A stretch of 64,000 nt of DNA from an uncultured virus (IMG/VR IMGVR_UViG_3300032523_001510) (Duplodnaviria > Heunggongvirae > Uroviricota > Caudoviricetes), in IMG/VR virus record IMGVR_UViG_3300032523_001510; one strand, 5' to 3'. Under the pieces are notes generated by a model that saw only the letters and a program-made list of their open reading frames with translations, searched no databases and was not told the origin of the DNA. This document shows positions 40,178 to 50,538 of this stretch, piece by piece. The first letter of the stretch is position 1; the number at the start of each line of letters is the position of its first letter. The position numbers and the translations under genes were made by a program.

Positions 40178-42208
40178 TTAATCTTTTTTAATTTTAGTAA
40201 AACCATTTTGATGAATTAATTGAATAACATCAGAACCTTCTAGCATTTTAATCAAATCTTGATCGTGACTAGTTATAAACACCTGTTTTTCCTCACTTAA
40301 AGCGTGGATTATATTATGAATCCCTTGTACTCCTAAAGGATCTATGTTTGTTGTAACTTCATCTAAGAACATCAAAGAAGGAGAACAGCCAGCAGTAACA
40401 CTCATAACATCAGCAAATGCTTGTGAAACAGCCAAATTCAATCTTCTTCTTTGACCAGCAGACATTGCGTAATAAATATAAGGAGTTCCATCTGGAGGGT
40501 TTCTTTCTATAATTTCATTAAATTCACTGTCGAATTTAAGATCAATTACATTATCGTTTAAATATTGAAGCCAAAAAGCTATACGATTATTCAATTGAGG
40601 AATTATTTCATCCACAATTATTTTCCTTATACCTTTGTCGCCAAAACCTTGAGACCAAAATTGGTAATATGGAATTTCTTCTTCTATTGATTTTATTTCT
40701 TTTATTTTAGCATCGTTCTCAACCAAGCAATCATCTATTTCTTCTTTGCCGATTTTTATCATTTCTGTATAAGGATCATTATTCGCAACATCTAATATTT
40801 TTTGATTTATAGATTCTTTGATTTGTTTTATTTTTGTTTGAAGTTCGATTGTTTTAGATTCGGCTTGTGGTTCTTTTATTTTACTTTTTTCTAACAATTC
40901 CTTAGTGTCGTTTTCTATCTTTGTTTTTAGTTCGTTTAATTTTGTTTTAAATTCTAATTCTATTGATATAACTTTATTAAAGTTTTCAGTTTTTTCTTGT
41001 TGTTGTTGTTCCAAAGGAACTAATTCGTTTAGTTTTTCTTTTATTTGCAATTTTAATTTTTCAATTACATTTGTTTCTTCTTTGATTACGAAGTCGATAT
41101 TATTCGGGTCTATTTCTCCATGACAATAATTACAAACTTTATGATCTTTTTTAGAAGCTAACGAGTCTATATGTGATTGTATGTCGGTTATTTTATTTTT
41201 AAGATCTCTGCAAACAAGTTTTATTTCTGCAATTAAAGGCCTTATAGCTTCAATCTCGTTTGTAATTTTTATTTTTTTATCATCTATGAATTCTTTTTTA
41301 TCAGCTAGTTTTTTAAATGATATTTTGTTTTCTTCAATTAAATCATTAAGTTCTTTAATTCTATTTTGTGCTATATTGTAAATATCAATTAATTCTGAGT
41401 AATCGGAATTTTCTAATTCTTTTTCGCATAGTACAAGATCATTTTTAAGTTTTTGTATTTCTGATTTTATAGAATTTTGCCACGAAGTACTTTTGAATTT
41501 TAATTGTTCTTGTTTTGCTTCTAATGATTTCTTGTGAGAATCCATTAGTTCGTATTCTTTAGTCGATGAAGCGATATTAGATTTTTTATTTTTGTATCCT
41601 TCGTTTGCTTTTTCTTGCCATTTTCTATAAACACCTAATGACAATAAGTTTTCAATAATTTGTCTTTTTACTGGTGTTTCGCTTTCAAGAAAACTATTGC
41701 TTTGATCATCTGAGAAAACACATATACTTAAAAATGTTTCGTAGTTTAATCCTAATTTATCTTCAATTAAAACTTGAGTTTCATCCATAGAACCAGTAGT
41801 TATTTCTGTGGTGTCATCCCATTTATGTTCTTCGCTTTCCCAAAGTCGCAAAGTGTTTTTGCTTCTTGTTCTGACTATTTTGAAGTCATCCCAAATGATT
41901 ACGACCTTGCAATTCTTACCTACTAAATTATGAATTACCCCATCTTTTTTAAGTGCCGTGTGTTTTTTTACGGTCTTGCCAAATAATCCGTAGACGATTA
42001 TTTCTTGTATGCTTGACTTCCCACTGCCATTGCTGGATATTTTATTTTCTTCCGATAACGAAGCGTCTTCGTTATTCGATTTAGCGTCTTTGTTTAACCC
42101 TTGAATGAAAATTACATTTGAATGATCTTCGAAATTAATCTCTATTCCTTCTGGACCAAAACAAAGGAAATTATAGGCGGATATGTGTTTGAATTTTAAA
42201 TTTTTCAT
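40178..42208 (-). CDS. gp46: SbcC/Rad50-like ATPase (T4 gp46-like)
   Basis: NGSGKSS, coiled coil with CNYC hook, MSAGQRRR, LDE and SH motifs. Confidence 0.95.
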   Translation of the reverse strand: MKNLKFKHISAYNFLCFGPEGIEINFEDHSNVIFIQGLNKDAKSNNEDASLSEENKISSNGSGKSSIQEIIVYGLFGKTVKKHTALKKDGVIHNLVGKNCKVVIIWDDFKIVRTRSKNTLRLWESEEHKWDDTTEITTGSMDETQVLIEDKLGLNYETFLSICVFSDDQSNSFLESETPVKRQIIENLLSLGVYRKWQEKANEGYKNKKSNIASSTKEYELMDSHKKSLEAKQEQLKFKSTSWQNSIKSEIQKLKNDLVLCEKELENSDYSELIDIYNIAQNRIKELNDLIEENKISFKKLADKKEFIDDKKIKITNEIEAIRPLIAEIKLVCRDLKNKITDIQSHIDSLASKKDHKVCNYCHGEIDPNNIDFVIKEETNVIEKLKLQIKEKLNELVPLEQQQQEKTENFNKVISIELEFKTKLNELKTKIENDTKELLEKSKIKEPQAESKTIELQTKIKQIKESINQKILDVANNDPYTEMIKIGKEEIDDCLVENDAKIKEIKSIEEEIPYYQFWSQGFGDKGIRKIIVDEIIPQLNNRIAFWLQYLNDNVIDLKFDSEFNEIIERNPPDGTPYIYYAMSAGQRRRLNLAVSQAFADVMSVTAGCSPSLMFLDEVTTNIDPLGVQGIHNIIHALSEEKQVFITSHDQDLIKMLEGSDVIQLIHQNGFTKIKKD

Positions 42209-42275
42209 TGATACAAATAACTATAAATTATTTGTTTTAGCAAGACTGATTCTTTAGAATTTTAATTATATTTTA

Positions 42276-43331
42276 TTAGTTCGACTCAGAGCAAATAATG
42301 TTTCCAATTTCTAAAAGTTTACCATCATCAAGACCTTCGTGCGGAACGACCTTGATGTACTCTTTCAACATGTCGGAGCCTTTTGATAAAATCGATTTTG
42401 CGTTATCGATCTTGTGTTCCGATAAATTCTCTTTTACTTGCTTTATTTCTAAAGAACCTAATTTGTTTTCAGAAATTATTTCTTTTTTTAAATTTAAAAC
42501 ATCCAAAGAAGAAATATCATTAACCGAAACTCTGACGAAATTATTTTCAAGATCATGTTTGTCGATATCTTCTGATTTAATGATTAAGTGTTTTGGACTG
42601 AAATCGTTCAATATGTATTCGCATTCTTTTTTGTCTTGATCGAAAATAATTAAATGTTTTTCTTGGAACGCTTCTCCAAACGAAAGTTGTAATGGAGAAC
42701 CAATGTATTCAACATTCACATCTAATTTTTGACTGGCGTGATAATGACCTAAAAAAACATGCTTGTATCCTTTGAATATTTCCGATTTAACAACAACCAT
42801 GTCTCCATCATGCTCTATGACAACATCAGAAATAACATTAGTGTGTAACTTGGCTCCGTCTATGGCCAAGTGACCAATGGCGTACTCTTTTTTCCCATCT
42901 AATTCATTTAATTTTTTTATTGAAACGATTGGGTCGTGTGTGAAGGGGATGAAATCCCAATTGTGATTATCTATTTTAATTCTTTCGACTTCAGATATCA
43001 CACGAATATTCGAAATATCCGAAAATGGAATCACACTGCTTATATTAGTTTTTTCATTGAACCACAAATCGTGATTACCGAGCAACAAATATAAATTAAA
43101 CTTTTTAGTGTTTAACCATTTTCTTATAATTTCATATGTTTTTTGATAGGCGAAAATTTCTATTTTTTGTCTGTCGTGAAATAAATCGCCACCAAAAATA
43201 ATATTTTTAATGTTGTTTTTTTCTGCCGTCTGAAAGACCCAATCTAAAACATTAAGACAATCATTTAATCTCTCTGTTTTTCTTTTATGGGTCGCAATAT
43301 GAATGTCTGAAAAAAGAAGAACTTTGTTCAT
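42276..43331 (-). CDS. gp47: SbcD/Mre11-like nuclease (T4 gp47-like)
   Basis: SDIH, GDLFH, GNHD, GHYH and YIGSP motifs. Confidence 0.95.
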   Translation of the reverse strand: MNKVLLFSDIHIATHKRKTERLNDCLNVLDWVFQTAEKNNIKNIIFGGDLFHDRQKIEIFAYQKTYEIIRKWLNTKKFNLYLLLGNHDLWFNEKTNISSVIPFSDISNIRVISEVERIKIDNHNWDFIPFTHDPIVSIKKLNELDGKKEYAIGHLAIDGAKLHTNVISDVVIEHDGDMVVVKSEIFKGYKHVFLGHYHASQKLDVNVEYIGSPLQLSFGEAFQEKHLIIFDQDKKECEYILNDFSPKHLIIKSEDIDKHDLENNFVRVSVNDISSLDVLNLKKEIISENKLGSLEIKQVKENLSEHKIDNAKSILSKGSDMLKEYIKVVPHEGLDDGKLLEIGNIICSESN

Positions 43332-43412
43332 GAAATTTTATCTTTAATTGGTGCTAAAAATTTAAATCATATGCATTTGTTAAATTAACATGATTAAAAA
43401 TATATTTCAATA

Positions 43413-43739
43413 TTACTTTTGAGATTTTTTGTCACCATATTTTTTTTCTATAAGTTCCCAAACATCTTTTGCTAATATTTTTGCTGCAACAGGTTTTTGA
43501 ACAGGTCCAGTTGGCGCACCTCCACCACCCATAGCTGGTGGCATGCCTCCACCGCCTCCGCCCATAGCTGGTGGTGGCGCACCTCCGCCCATAGCTGGTG
43601 GTGGCGCACCTCCACCGGAAGGCGGGGCTGCTTCTGGTGGCATACCTCCACCGGGAGGTGCTGCTCCTGCTGCTGGAGGAGGAGTAGCTTCCGTAAAAAT
43701 ACTACTTCGTACTTTAATAAATTCTAAAAATGTTTGCAT
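43413..43739 (-). CDS. Pro/Gly/Ala-rich protein with capsid-targeting-like N-terminus
   Basis: Begins MQTFLEFIK...IFTE; 27-bp repeats encode APPPAMGGG; TATAAATA directly upstream. Confidence 0.75.
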   Translation of the reverse strand: MQTFLEFIKVRSSIFTEATPPPAAGAAPPGGGMPPEAAPPSGGGAPPPAMGGGAPPPAMGGGGGGMPPAMGGGGAPTGPVQKPVAAKILAKDVWELIEKKYGDKKSQK

Positions 43740-43794
43740 AATCTATTTATATGAGATATTTATTTTTTTTTTAGTAATAATGACTATATAATAA

Positions 43795-43931
43795 ACCTAT
43801 AGGATGAATATTGTTTCTCCTCGAAAATGTGTGTTGGTACTTACCCAATCAAAACCACACATAATTTTTATGAGGAATATAAGGTGTAGCCTTGGTAGCT
43901 AAAAAATTATTAAGCTACCAAGGCTCTTTTT
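43795..43931 (+). ncRNA. Candidate small structured RNA (or 32-aa peptide gene) with its own promoter motif and terminator
   Basis: CTATATAA at 43784, nested stems at 43818-43876, and a 13-bp terminator at 43888-43931. Confidence 0.4.
43888..43931 (+). terminator. Intrinsic terminator
   Basis: agccttggtagct / agctaccaaggct stem followed by cttttt. Confidence 0.85.
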
Positions 43932-43967
43932 ATTTAAAAATTTGATAACTAAACATTAAATACAAAT

Positions 43968-44438
43968 ATGATTAAATTTTCAGAATATATAAATTTGAAA
44001 GAACAAGAAGGCGTAGACTCTACATTCGCCAACAATGTGGACTCAAACACTGTAAAATCGCCTATTCCACAACGATCAATCACTCAACAACAATCAATCG
44101 ATCAGCAACGATTAATACAGACTGGCGAAAAATGGAGCATGAGTAAAGAAGAAGTCATGAGACTTTGGCAAAGAATTCCTCTCGGAACGCCAATCGCAAT
44201 GAAACCAGTCGATAGTGACCACAAAGGATCAACCTTTAGCGAAGACGCTATTCGTATCACTGGCAGCAAAGAATTTATAGAATCTGTAATTTCTAGGCTA
44301 AAAGAATTTTTAAAATACGAAAGCGAAAACACAAAATTAAATATTTCTTATAGAGAAACCTCTTCTCCAAGTCTTGAAGAAGAAGGTATGGGTAAAAAAT
44401 CTTATGTATTTTACATACAAAGCAAAACACGAGGATAA
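43968..44438 (+). CDS. Hypothetical protein with capsid-targeting-like N-terminus
   Basis: Begins MIKFSEYINLKE. Confidence 0.8.
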   Translation: MIKFSEYINLKEQEGVDSTFANNVDSNTVKSPIPQRSITQQQSIDQQRLIQTGEKWSMSKEEVMRLWQRIPLGTPIAMKPVDSDHKGSTFSEDAIRITGSKEFIESVISRLKEFLKYESENTKLNISYRETSSPSLEEEGMGKKSYVFYIQSKTRG

Positions 44439-44681
44439 ATGGCAGATAATAAAAAAGATAATAAAAAAGTAGATTCTGGAATAAAAAGTGCAATTGTTGA
44501 CATAGCAAACAATTTATCCAAGGTATTCAAAAAATACACAAGACACACAAGAGAAAAAGCATGGAAGGTCTTGCTAGACACAGAAGCGGAAAAAGAAATG
44601 AAAAAACTATTGCAAGATCCAAGCAGACCACTTAACATGTTCTCTAAGTTAAATTTCAAGGAATGGTTATCACAAGGCTAA
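44439..44681 (+). CDS. Small hypothetical protein
   Basis: GAGGA RBS; ends LNFKEWLSQG. Confidence 0.75.
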   Translation: MADNKKDNKKVDSGIKSAIVDIANNLSKVFKKYTRHTREKAWKVLLDTEAEKEMKKLLQDPSRPLNMFSKLNFKEWLSQG

Positions 44682-44697
44682 CGCTAGGAAGCGAAAA

Positions 44698-45774
44698 ATG
44701 CTTTCATCAGAACAACAAAGTGCAATAGATCATCTTTTTCACAATCATCAAAAACAACAAGTGCAAACTCTTGGTGGATATGCAGGAACTGGCAAGACCA
44801 CCATTATCAGCAATCTTGTCGATAAATACGAAGAAGCTGGAATAAGACCAATCGTTCTTGCGTATACAGGAAAAGCAGTAAATGTTTTAAAAAACAAAGA
44901 CGTACCATGTCAAACAATTCATAGCCTACTTTATACTCCGATGATTGATATAGAAGGTAATGTTGAAGGATGGATGCCAGTATGCAGCTATAATATAACA
45001 AAAAATTGCGACATTATAATCGTAGATGAATCCTCTATGGTCGATTCTGTGATCTATAACGACTTAAAAAACACAGGACTGCCTTTGATATTTGTTGGAG
45101 ATCATGGTCAATTAGAACCAATTAGCAATACTAATGATTTTAATTTAATGCGTGATCCAGATTTAAAATTAGAAGAAATACATAGAAATTCTGGAGAAAT
45201 AGCTCACTTTGCTGAACATTTAAGAAAAGGTAAATCGCCAGCATCTTTCCCTAGTAGCAGTCGAGTTCAAATCGTAACTTGTTCAGCCGTTAAACCAAAG
45301 CATTACGCAGATTACGATCAAGTAATATGTCTTTATAATAAAACTAGAACAAAAATAAATATCACAGTAAGAGAATATAAGAAAATTCATTTTTCATATA
45401 TTGCGATTGGTGAAAAAATAATATGCCTAAAAAACAATCATCTTGAAGGACTATTCAATGGAATGCAAGGAATAGTAACAAAAGTTCATAAAAATGAAAA
45501 ACTATCTTTTACATCTAATAATGTAAATTACAAAAATGTACCATACGATCCTGATCAGTTTGGAAAAGAAAAAAATGATTTCAGAAAAGAAAGAAGCACT
45601 AAAAATCCTTTTGATTACGCATACGCAATAACATGTCACAAAGCCCAAGGAGATGAATGGGATGATATAATTGTATACGAAGAAGTAAATAATTTTTGCG
45701 ATACATCCCGCTGGCGATATACAGCTGCTAGTCGTGCCAGAAATAGCATCATCTGGATTCCAACTTTATTTTAA
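44698..45774 (+). CDS. dda: Dda/RecD-like SF1B DNA helicase
   Basis: GYAGTGKTT, TIHS, VDESSMV, GDHGQL, TCHKAQG and YTAASRA motifs. Confidence 0.9.
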   Translation: MLSSEQQSAIDHLFHNHQKQQVQTLGGYAGTGKTTIISNLVDKYEEAGIRPIVLAYTGKAVNVLKNKDVPCQTIHSLLYTPMIDIEGNVEGWMPVCSYNITKNCDIIIVDESSMVDSVIYNDLKNTGLPLIFVGDHGQLEPISNTNDFNLMRDPDLKLEEIHRNSGEIAHFAEHLRKGKSPASFPSSSRVQIVTCSAVKPKHYADYDQVICLYNKTRTKINITVREYKKIHFSYIAIGEKIICLKNNHLEGLFNGMQGIVTKVHKNEKLSFTSNNVNYKNVPYDPDQFGKEKNDFRKERSTKNPFDYAYAITCHKAQGDEWDDIIVYEEVNNFCDTSRWRYTAASRARNSIIWIPTLF

Positions 45775-45795
45775 TTTTACTTTATATATAATTAT

Positions 45796-46635
45796 ATGTT
45801 AAGTATATTTGTAATATATTCTGTAGACAGAATAGAACAGTTTGAAATATTCTATGAATGTTTACAAGAAATGCCGGGATACGAAGATTGTCAAAAAATA
45901 TTAATTGTAGACGGCAAAGAAACTAATGTTTATCCAGAAGATTTTGAAATATTTTTCTGCGAAAGACCAAACAAACATTTTAATTGGGCAGCAGCTTGGA
46001 ATCTTGGGGTCGAAAAATCAGCATACGAAAAAATATGGTATCTAGATTCTGACAGAATATTGCCAATACATTATTTGCAAACATTACAACGAAAAATAAA
46101 AGATAATACTTTTATTTATTCTTCTCAAATAGTCGCTATGAAACAACATTGTTCTATAGATTTCATAAAAGAATGCCGACAAAATCCATATCTTCATTGG
46201 GGTTCATACGCAGAAGATTATAGAATTCCATGTCCTCCGAACATGGAATTTCTAAGCATGGGTAAAAATCCAATGAGTGGAAACACTGGTTTCACCAAAA
46301 CAAGTTATTATAAATCAGGAGGATTGAGTCTTGCGTTTGAAGGACCAGCCTTGGCTGATACAGATTATTATTATAAAACTTATTTAAAAAGATTCGATTT
46401 TGAAACTATACCATGTTTAGAATTACACTTGAAACATAATTATTCGATTTCAGGCAAAGAACGTGATATTATGTATATGTATAATGCGATTAAAATATGC
46501 AAAAAATACAATTTAAAGCCAAGCGTAAAACTACAAGAAAGAATTAAAAACAACAACATAGACATTAGTTTTGCTAAATACGATATTGATAAATTTTTAG
46601 AACTGTGTCAAAACAACAAAATAAAATCATTTTAA
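45796..46635 (+). CDS. GT2/GT7-like glycosyltransferase
   Basis: LIVDG, WNLGV, YLDSDRILP, SGN and DTD motifs; paralogous to 53105..53947. Confidence 0.8.
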   Translation: MLSIFVIYSVDRIEQFEIFYECLQEMPGYEDCQKILIVDGKETNVYPEDFEIFFCERPNKHFNWAAAWNLGVEKSAYEKIWYLDSDRILPIHYLQTLQRKIKDNTFIYSSQIVAMKQHCSIDFIKECRQNPYLHWGSYAEDYRIPCPPNMEFLSMGKNPMSGNTGFTKTSYYKSGGLSLAFEGPALADTDYYYKTYLKRFDFETIPCLELHLKHNYSISGKERDIMYMYNAIKICKKYNLKPSVKLQERIKNNNIDISFAKYDIDKFLELCQNNKIKSF

Positions 46636-48080
46636 ACAATCAAAGCCTCATCCAAAGTCACTTCTTTAATAATATGACCTTGATCTTTTAAAATTTTAAT
46701 GCGTTTTTTGCTATGTTCTAATAAATAAGGATTTATATCAAATATGAAATCAAAATACTTTAAGTCTTCTTTATCTGAAGACACTCTCAATCCACGACCC
46801 ATACGCTGTATGATTTGATGATCAGCTTGTCCACCAGCCGCATTAATCAATTGATGTAAAAACACATTAATTCCGGTATTAAATATTTGTTGAGTCGCAA
46901 TAGCTATTAAATTTTCCTTACTATGTTGCAATTCTTTTATTACAAATTTCCTCGTTGCCGAATCGTCTTTTCCTTGAACCCATAAAGAGTTTGGAATCAT
47001 TTTATGTAATGTATCTCCGTGTGCGATTCTATCCACCAAAATCAAAGTTCTTCCTTTTTGTCTTATTGCTATTTCTTTAACCATATCATGAAACTCGTTG
47101 TTTTCCGCTATACCTCTGGTTACAGCATCGATATAAATATCGTGTGGCAAATCAGGCGATTTGACTGGTATAAAATAACCTTTTGATGCAGATAATATAC
47201 CTCTGTTTTGTAATTCTTTAGTGGTTAGAATTCCAGACTCTACAGAATTTGTTTTAAGTACTGGACCAAAAAATCCTTTCACGCCATACTTTTGTACCTT
47301 GTCTTTTTCTCCAAATTTGAATGGAGTGGCACTCAATGCAACTCTTATATCAGTTCCTTTTAACTTCTTGTAAACAGATTTAGGACCCGATGACATCATG
47401 TCGTGTATTTCATCGACTATAAGAACCTTTATTTTCGGCAAAAGATTTTCAATTTTTGAAATCGATTGAACACTTGCAACAGTTATTATGTTGGGGTTTA
47501 CTTCTTTTCCCCATAGACAGCCAACATTGGGTATATCCCAGCTTTTAATTTCTTCGTAGTTTTGTGATGCCAATCCAACTCTGTTTTGCAAAACCAATAT
47601 AGGAGTGTTAGGTGGCAATGATTTTATTATACTCACCATAATAAAACTTTTACCAGCAGATGTAGGAGCGTAAATAACTCCTCTCTTGTGTTTTATAATT
47701 TGATTCACAAAATCAACTTGATAGTCATGCAATTCAAGACTTGGATTTTTAAATTTAAGATAATCTTTGTCTATGCTTTCAACCGCAAATTTAGTTTTAA
47801 CTCTTTTATCGGTGTATGATATTTTAAGATTATGATGTTTTATCACCAAGATTACTTCTGGCAATAATCCAGTCAAAAATTTACCGCTAGTCTTATTGAA
47901 AAAATCAATGTATCCATCCCATAACTTTTGTTTGTATCTTCTATTGTGGAAATAATTTCTATCTCTAAACCTAAGACTTTGCCATAAGATATTTAGAATG
48001 TCTTGATTGGTGGTGGTACAAATAGAAACATCGTTGTTTATGGTCAAAACAACATCGTGATCTTCCAGACTATTCGACAT
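46632..48080 (-). CDS. uvsW: UvsW-like SF2 helicase
   Basis: DYQ, PTSAGKS, DEIH, SAT and QRMGRGLR motifs. Confidence 0.9.
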   Translation of the reverse strand: MSNSLEDHDVVLTINNDVSICTTTNQDILNILWQSLRFRDRNYFHNRRYKQKLWDGYIDFFNKTSGKFLTGLLPEVILVIKHHNLKISYTDKRVKTKFAVESIDKDYLKFKNPSLELHDYQVDFVNQIIKHKRGVIYAPTSAGKSFIMVSIIKSLPPNTPILVLQNRVGLASQNYEEIKSWDIPNVGCLWGKEVNPNIITVASVQSISKIENLLPKIKVLIVDEIHDMMSSGPKSVYKKLKGTDIRVALSATPFKFGEKDKVQKYGVKGFFGPVLKTNSVESGILTTKELQNRGILSASKGYFIPVKSPDLPHDIYIDAVTRGIAENNEFHDMVKEIAIRQKGRTLILVDRIAHGDTLHKMIPNSLWVQGKDDSATRKFVIKELQHSKENLIAIATQQIFNTGINVFLHQLINAAGGQADHQIIQRMGRGLRVSSDKEDLKYFDFIFDINPYLLEHSKKRIKILKDQGHIIKEVTLDEALIV

Positions 48081-48095
48081 TTTGGTTTCTCTAAT

Positions 48096-48689
48096 TTAAA
48101 AATGTATTTTGTATTTACGCCTAATTAGCTTTATTACTTGTATGGCATCATCCACAGCATTATGCGTTACCTTTTCCTTGATAGAAGCTCTATCCAGACA
48201 TGTTTCCATGTTGGGCAAATGATTGTCTTTTAAATGATCAAAATATAGTATAGCAGGATCTATCACCCTAGATCGAAACGAAATGTTAGACCAATCATTT
48301 TTTTGTATTTTTTCTTGCAAGAACATTAAATCAAATGTTGCGAAGTTTTTACCAGCAACATTTAAGTATATTTTCTCATTATCATCGTTGTAACCGTTTA
48401 CGAAAAGAAAATTACTCAGTCTTGTAAACAATTCTTCTGGATAACAGATGTAAGGCGAATTATTTTCGACTTTGTTCGAAATGTCTAATAATATATTTCT
48501 ACTATGTATCTTAATAGCTTTAGGATCGACACAATAAGGTTCTTTTTTATTTAAATGATAATGAAAAACTGGTAAGTCTTTTATCGGCAAAGGATTCTTC
48601 AAATCATCAAGAACTGCTGCAAATTCTAAAATATCATGATTCTTAGGATCTAATCCGCTTGTTTCAATATCTATAGATGCGTATTTCAT
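48096..48689 (-). CDS. DEDDh 3'-5' exonuclease
   Basis: IDIETSG, GKNFATFD and HNAVDD motifs. Start at MKYAS. Confidence 0.9.
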   Translation of the reverse strand: MKYASIDIETSGLDPKNHDILEFAAVLDDLKNPLPIKDLPVFHYHLNKKEPYCVDPKAIKIHSRNILLDISNKVENNSPYICYPEELFTRLSNFLFVNGYNDDNEKIYLNVAGKNFATFDLMFLQEKIQKNDWSNISFRSRVIDPAILYFDHLKDNHLPNMETCLDRASIKEKVTHNAVDDAIQVIKLIRRKYKIHF

Positions 48690-48737
48690 AGTGACTTCCT
48701 TATCTTGTTGGGCTGTAATAACGAACAAAAATTACTA

Positions 48738-48887
48738 TCAAATGTCGTCACATGATTTTTCTTCATTGTTATCGCCTTGTTCTATTTTCTTTTTTCTTTC
48801 AGATAACAATTGACAAAGCTCTTGATATAAAGAAGGATCTTCCATTTGTATACTGGCCAAAATCCAATCTGATATGTTAGGACTCAT
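48738..48887 (-). CDS. 49-aa hypothetical protein (below the ORF-track cutoff)
   Basis: GGAG RBS; reads MSPNISDWILASIQMEDPSLYQELCQ...; fills an intergenic gap. Confidence 0.55.
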   Translation of the reverse strand: MSPNISDWILASIQMEDPSLYQELCQLLSERKKKIEQGDNNEEKSCDDI

Positions 48888-48951
48888 GTTGACTCCAATT
48901 GTTAAAAGATCAGAGTACCTTAGAATTCAAAAAAGTAAATGCGAGAATTAA

Positions 48952-49635
48952 ATGAATTTCCCTTCATTCGATGAAACTTCTATCTTGATAAAAACTCCTT
49001 TTTTTAAGATAGAACCAAAAATAATAGAAAACAACATTCCAAAAAAAATACATCAATTGTGGATAGGAAGCAAAAAACCACCTTTAGATTGGATGCACAC
49101 ATGGAAAATAAAAAATCCTGATTACGAATACATTCTTTGGGATGAAGAAAAAATCGAAAAAGAAAATTTTCACAATCAAAGTCTTATCGACAAGATGCCA
49201 GAACTTAATGGTAAAGCAGATATAATGAGATATGAAATTTTGTATAAATATGGAGGATTTTTCATTGATGCGGACAGCGAATGTTTGAGGCCATTAAGCG
49301 ACGAACTAAGAAACTATGAATTCCTTTCTTGTTATGAAAACGAAAAAATAAGAGGAGGAGTAGTCTCGTGTGCTATTTTAGGTTGTGCTTCTAACAATCA
49401 ACTTATGGAAAACTGCATATCAAATCTCGAAGAACTAAACTTACCTATATCGCCAGCATGGTGGTATGTTGGTCCAATTTTTTTAACTTATGTGATCCAT
49501 AAGTACAAATACAAAAACATAAACATATTGCCATCTTACACATTTATACCATTTCATTATTCTGGAATGAAGTATTCTGGAGAATTTCTACCATTTGCAG
49601 ATCAAAAATGGGCAACTACTTTGAATCTATATTGA
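48952..49635 (+). CDS. GT32/DXD-motif glycosyltransferase
   Basis: IPKKIHQLW, ADIMRYEILYKYGGFFIDAD and VGP motifs. Confidence 0.92.
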   Translation: MNFPSFDETSILIKTPFFKIEPKIIENNIPKKIHQLWIGSKKPPLDWMHTWKIKNPDYEYILWDEEKIEKENFHNQSLIDKMPELNGKADIMRYEILYKYGGFFIDADSECLRPLSDELRNYEFLSCYENEKIRGGVVSCAILGCASNNQLMENCISNLEELNLPISPAWWYVGPIFLTYVIHKYKYKNINILPSYTFIPFHYSGMKYSGEFLPFADQKWATTLNLY

Positions 49636-50538
49636 TTTAGACTGACAAAATTCCCATGCTAATTTTTCGCAAAAATCTGTAAGATTCAAAAACGAATCCC
49701 TGTCTTCTATTAAATCATTGTATTTTAAAATTACATCATTAAACACAGGATCACAAATCAAATCATATTTTGAATCTTTGTGATCGTATGTGTATCCAGC
49801 AGCTGTGTCTTGCAAATCTTTATAAGTAATTTCTTTTTTATTCTTAATCATATCAAATATTTTTTTCCAATGCGACCATTCTGGTTTTAAATTTTTATTA
49901 TATGGATTTGCTAATTTAGATAACCATCCGATCAAATACTTAGATTTCATCTGATTTATTGTTCTTATAGGAAAGTGACATATTTTAATGTGTTTTGTGG
50001 TGTTTCTATTGATGTATTCGTTTTTCCCGTAATGAACTTCATGTTGACCTTCGACATAATACAATCCTTCACATGATTTAAATATGTTTCTATGGACAAT
50101 AGCTTTAAGTTGATTTAAATTTATTGCTTTTGTTCTATGTGTTATTGTATTTAATATGTTTTTATCATTAGTCTCTATAGTGGGAACATAATTATACCAA
50201 CACGCCATTAACAATTTATTGTCTTCGAACACTATATCTTCTAAATTTTTATCAAAAACAATAAATTCGTCCGCATCTAAAAATATAAACCAATCAGCGA
50301 TTTCTTTGTATTCATTCAATATTCTTGTGGATATTTGCGATTGAATGTGCCAAACAGATTTTTCATCAATTACATCAAGTTTTTTATATTCAGTTTGTAA
50401 TTTTTTCAAAATCTTTCTTGTATTATCAGAACTATCGTGTTCGACAATTATTATTTTGTCGAAGTATACAGCGTGGTAACGCACGAATGTTTCGATGATA
50501 TCTTCTTCATTTTTAACAATTGATGCTATTATCTTCAT
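49627..50538 (-). CDS. GT2-like glycosyltransferase
   Basis: VKNEEDII, SSDNT, FLDADEF and HFPIR motifs. Confidence 0.88.
   Translation of the reverse strand: MKIIASIVKNEEDIIETFVRYHAVYFDKIIIVEHDSSDNTRKILKKLQTEYKKLDVIDEKSVWHIQSQISTRILNEYKEIADWFIFLDADEFIVFDKNLEDIVFEDNKLLMACWYNYVPTIETNDKNILNTITHRTKAINLNQLKAIVHRNIFKSCEGLYYVEGQHEVHYGKNEYINRNTTKHIKICHFPIRTINQMKSKYLIGWLSKLANPYNKNLKPEWSHWKKIFDMIKNKKEITYKDLQDTAAGYTYDHKDSKYDLICDPVFNDVILKYNDLIEDRDSFLNLTDFCEKLAWEFCQSKSI

Noticed and set aside
43497..43791. Plus-strand Pro/Gly or Trp-rich ORFs
   Set aside because: They are antisense shadows of the low-complexity minus-strand gene.
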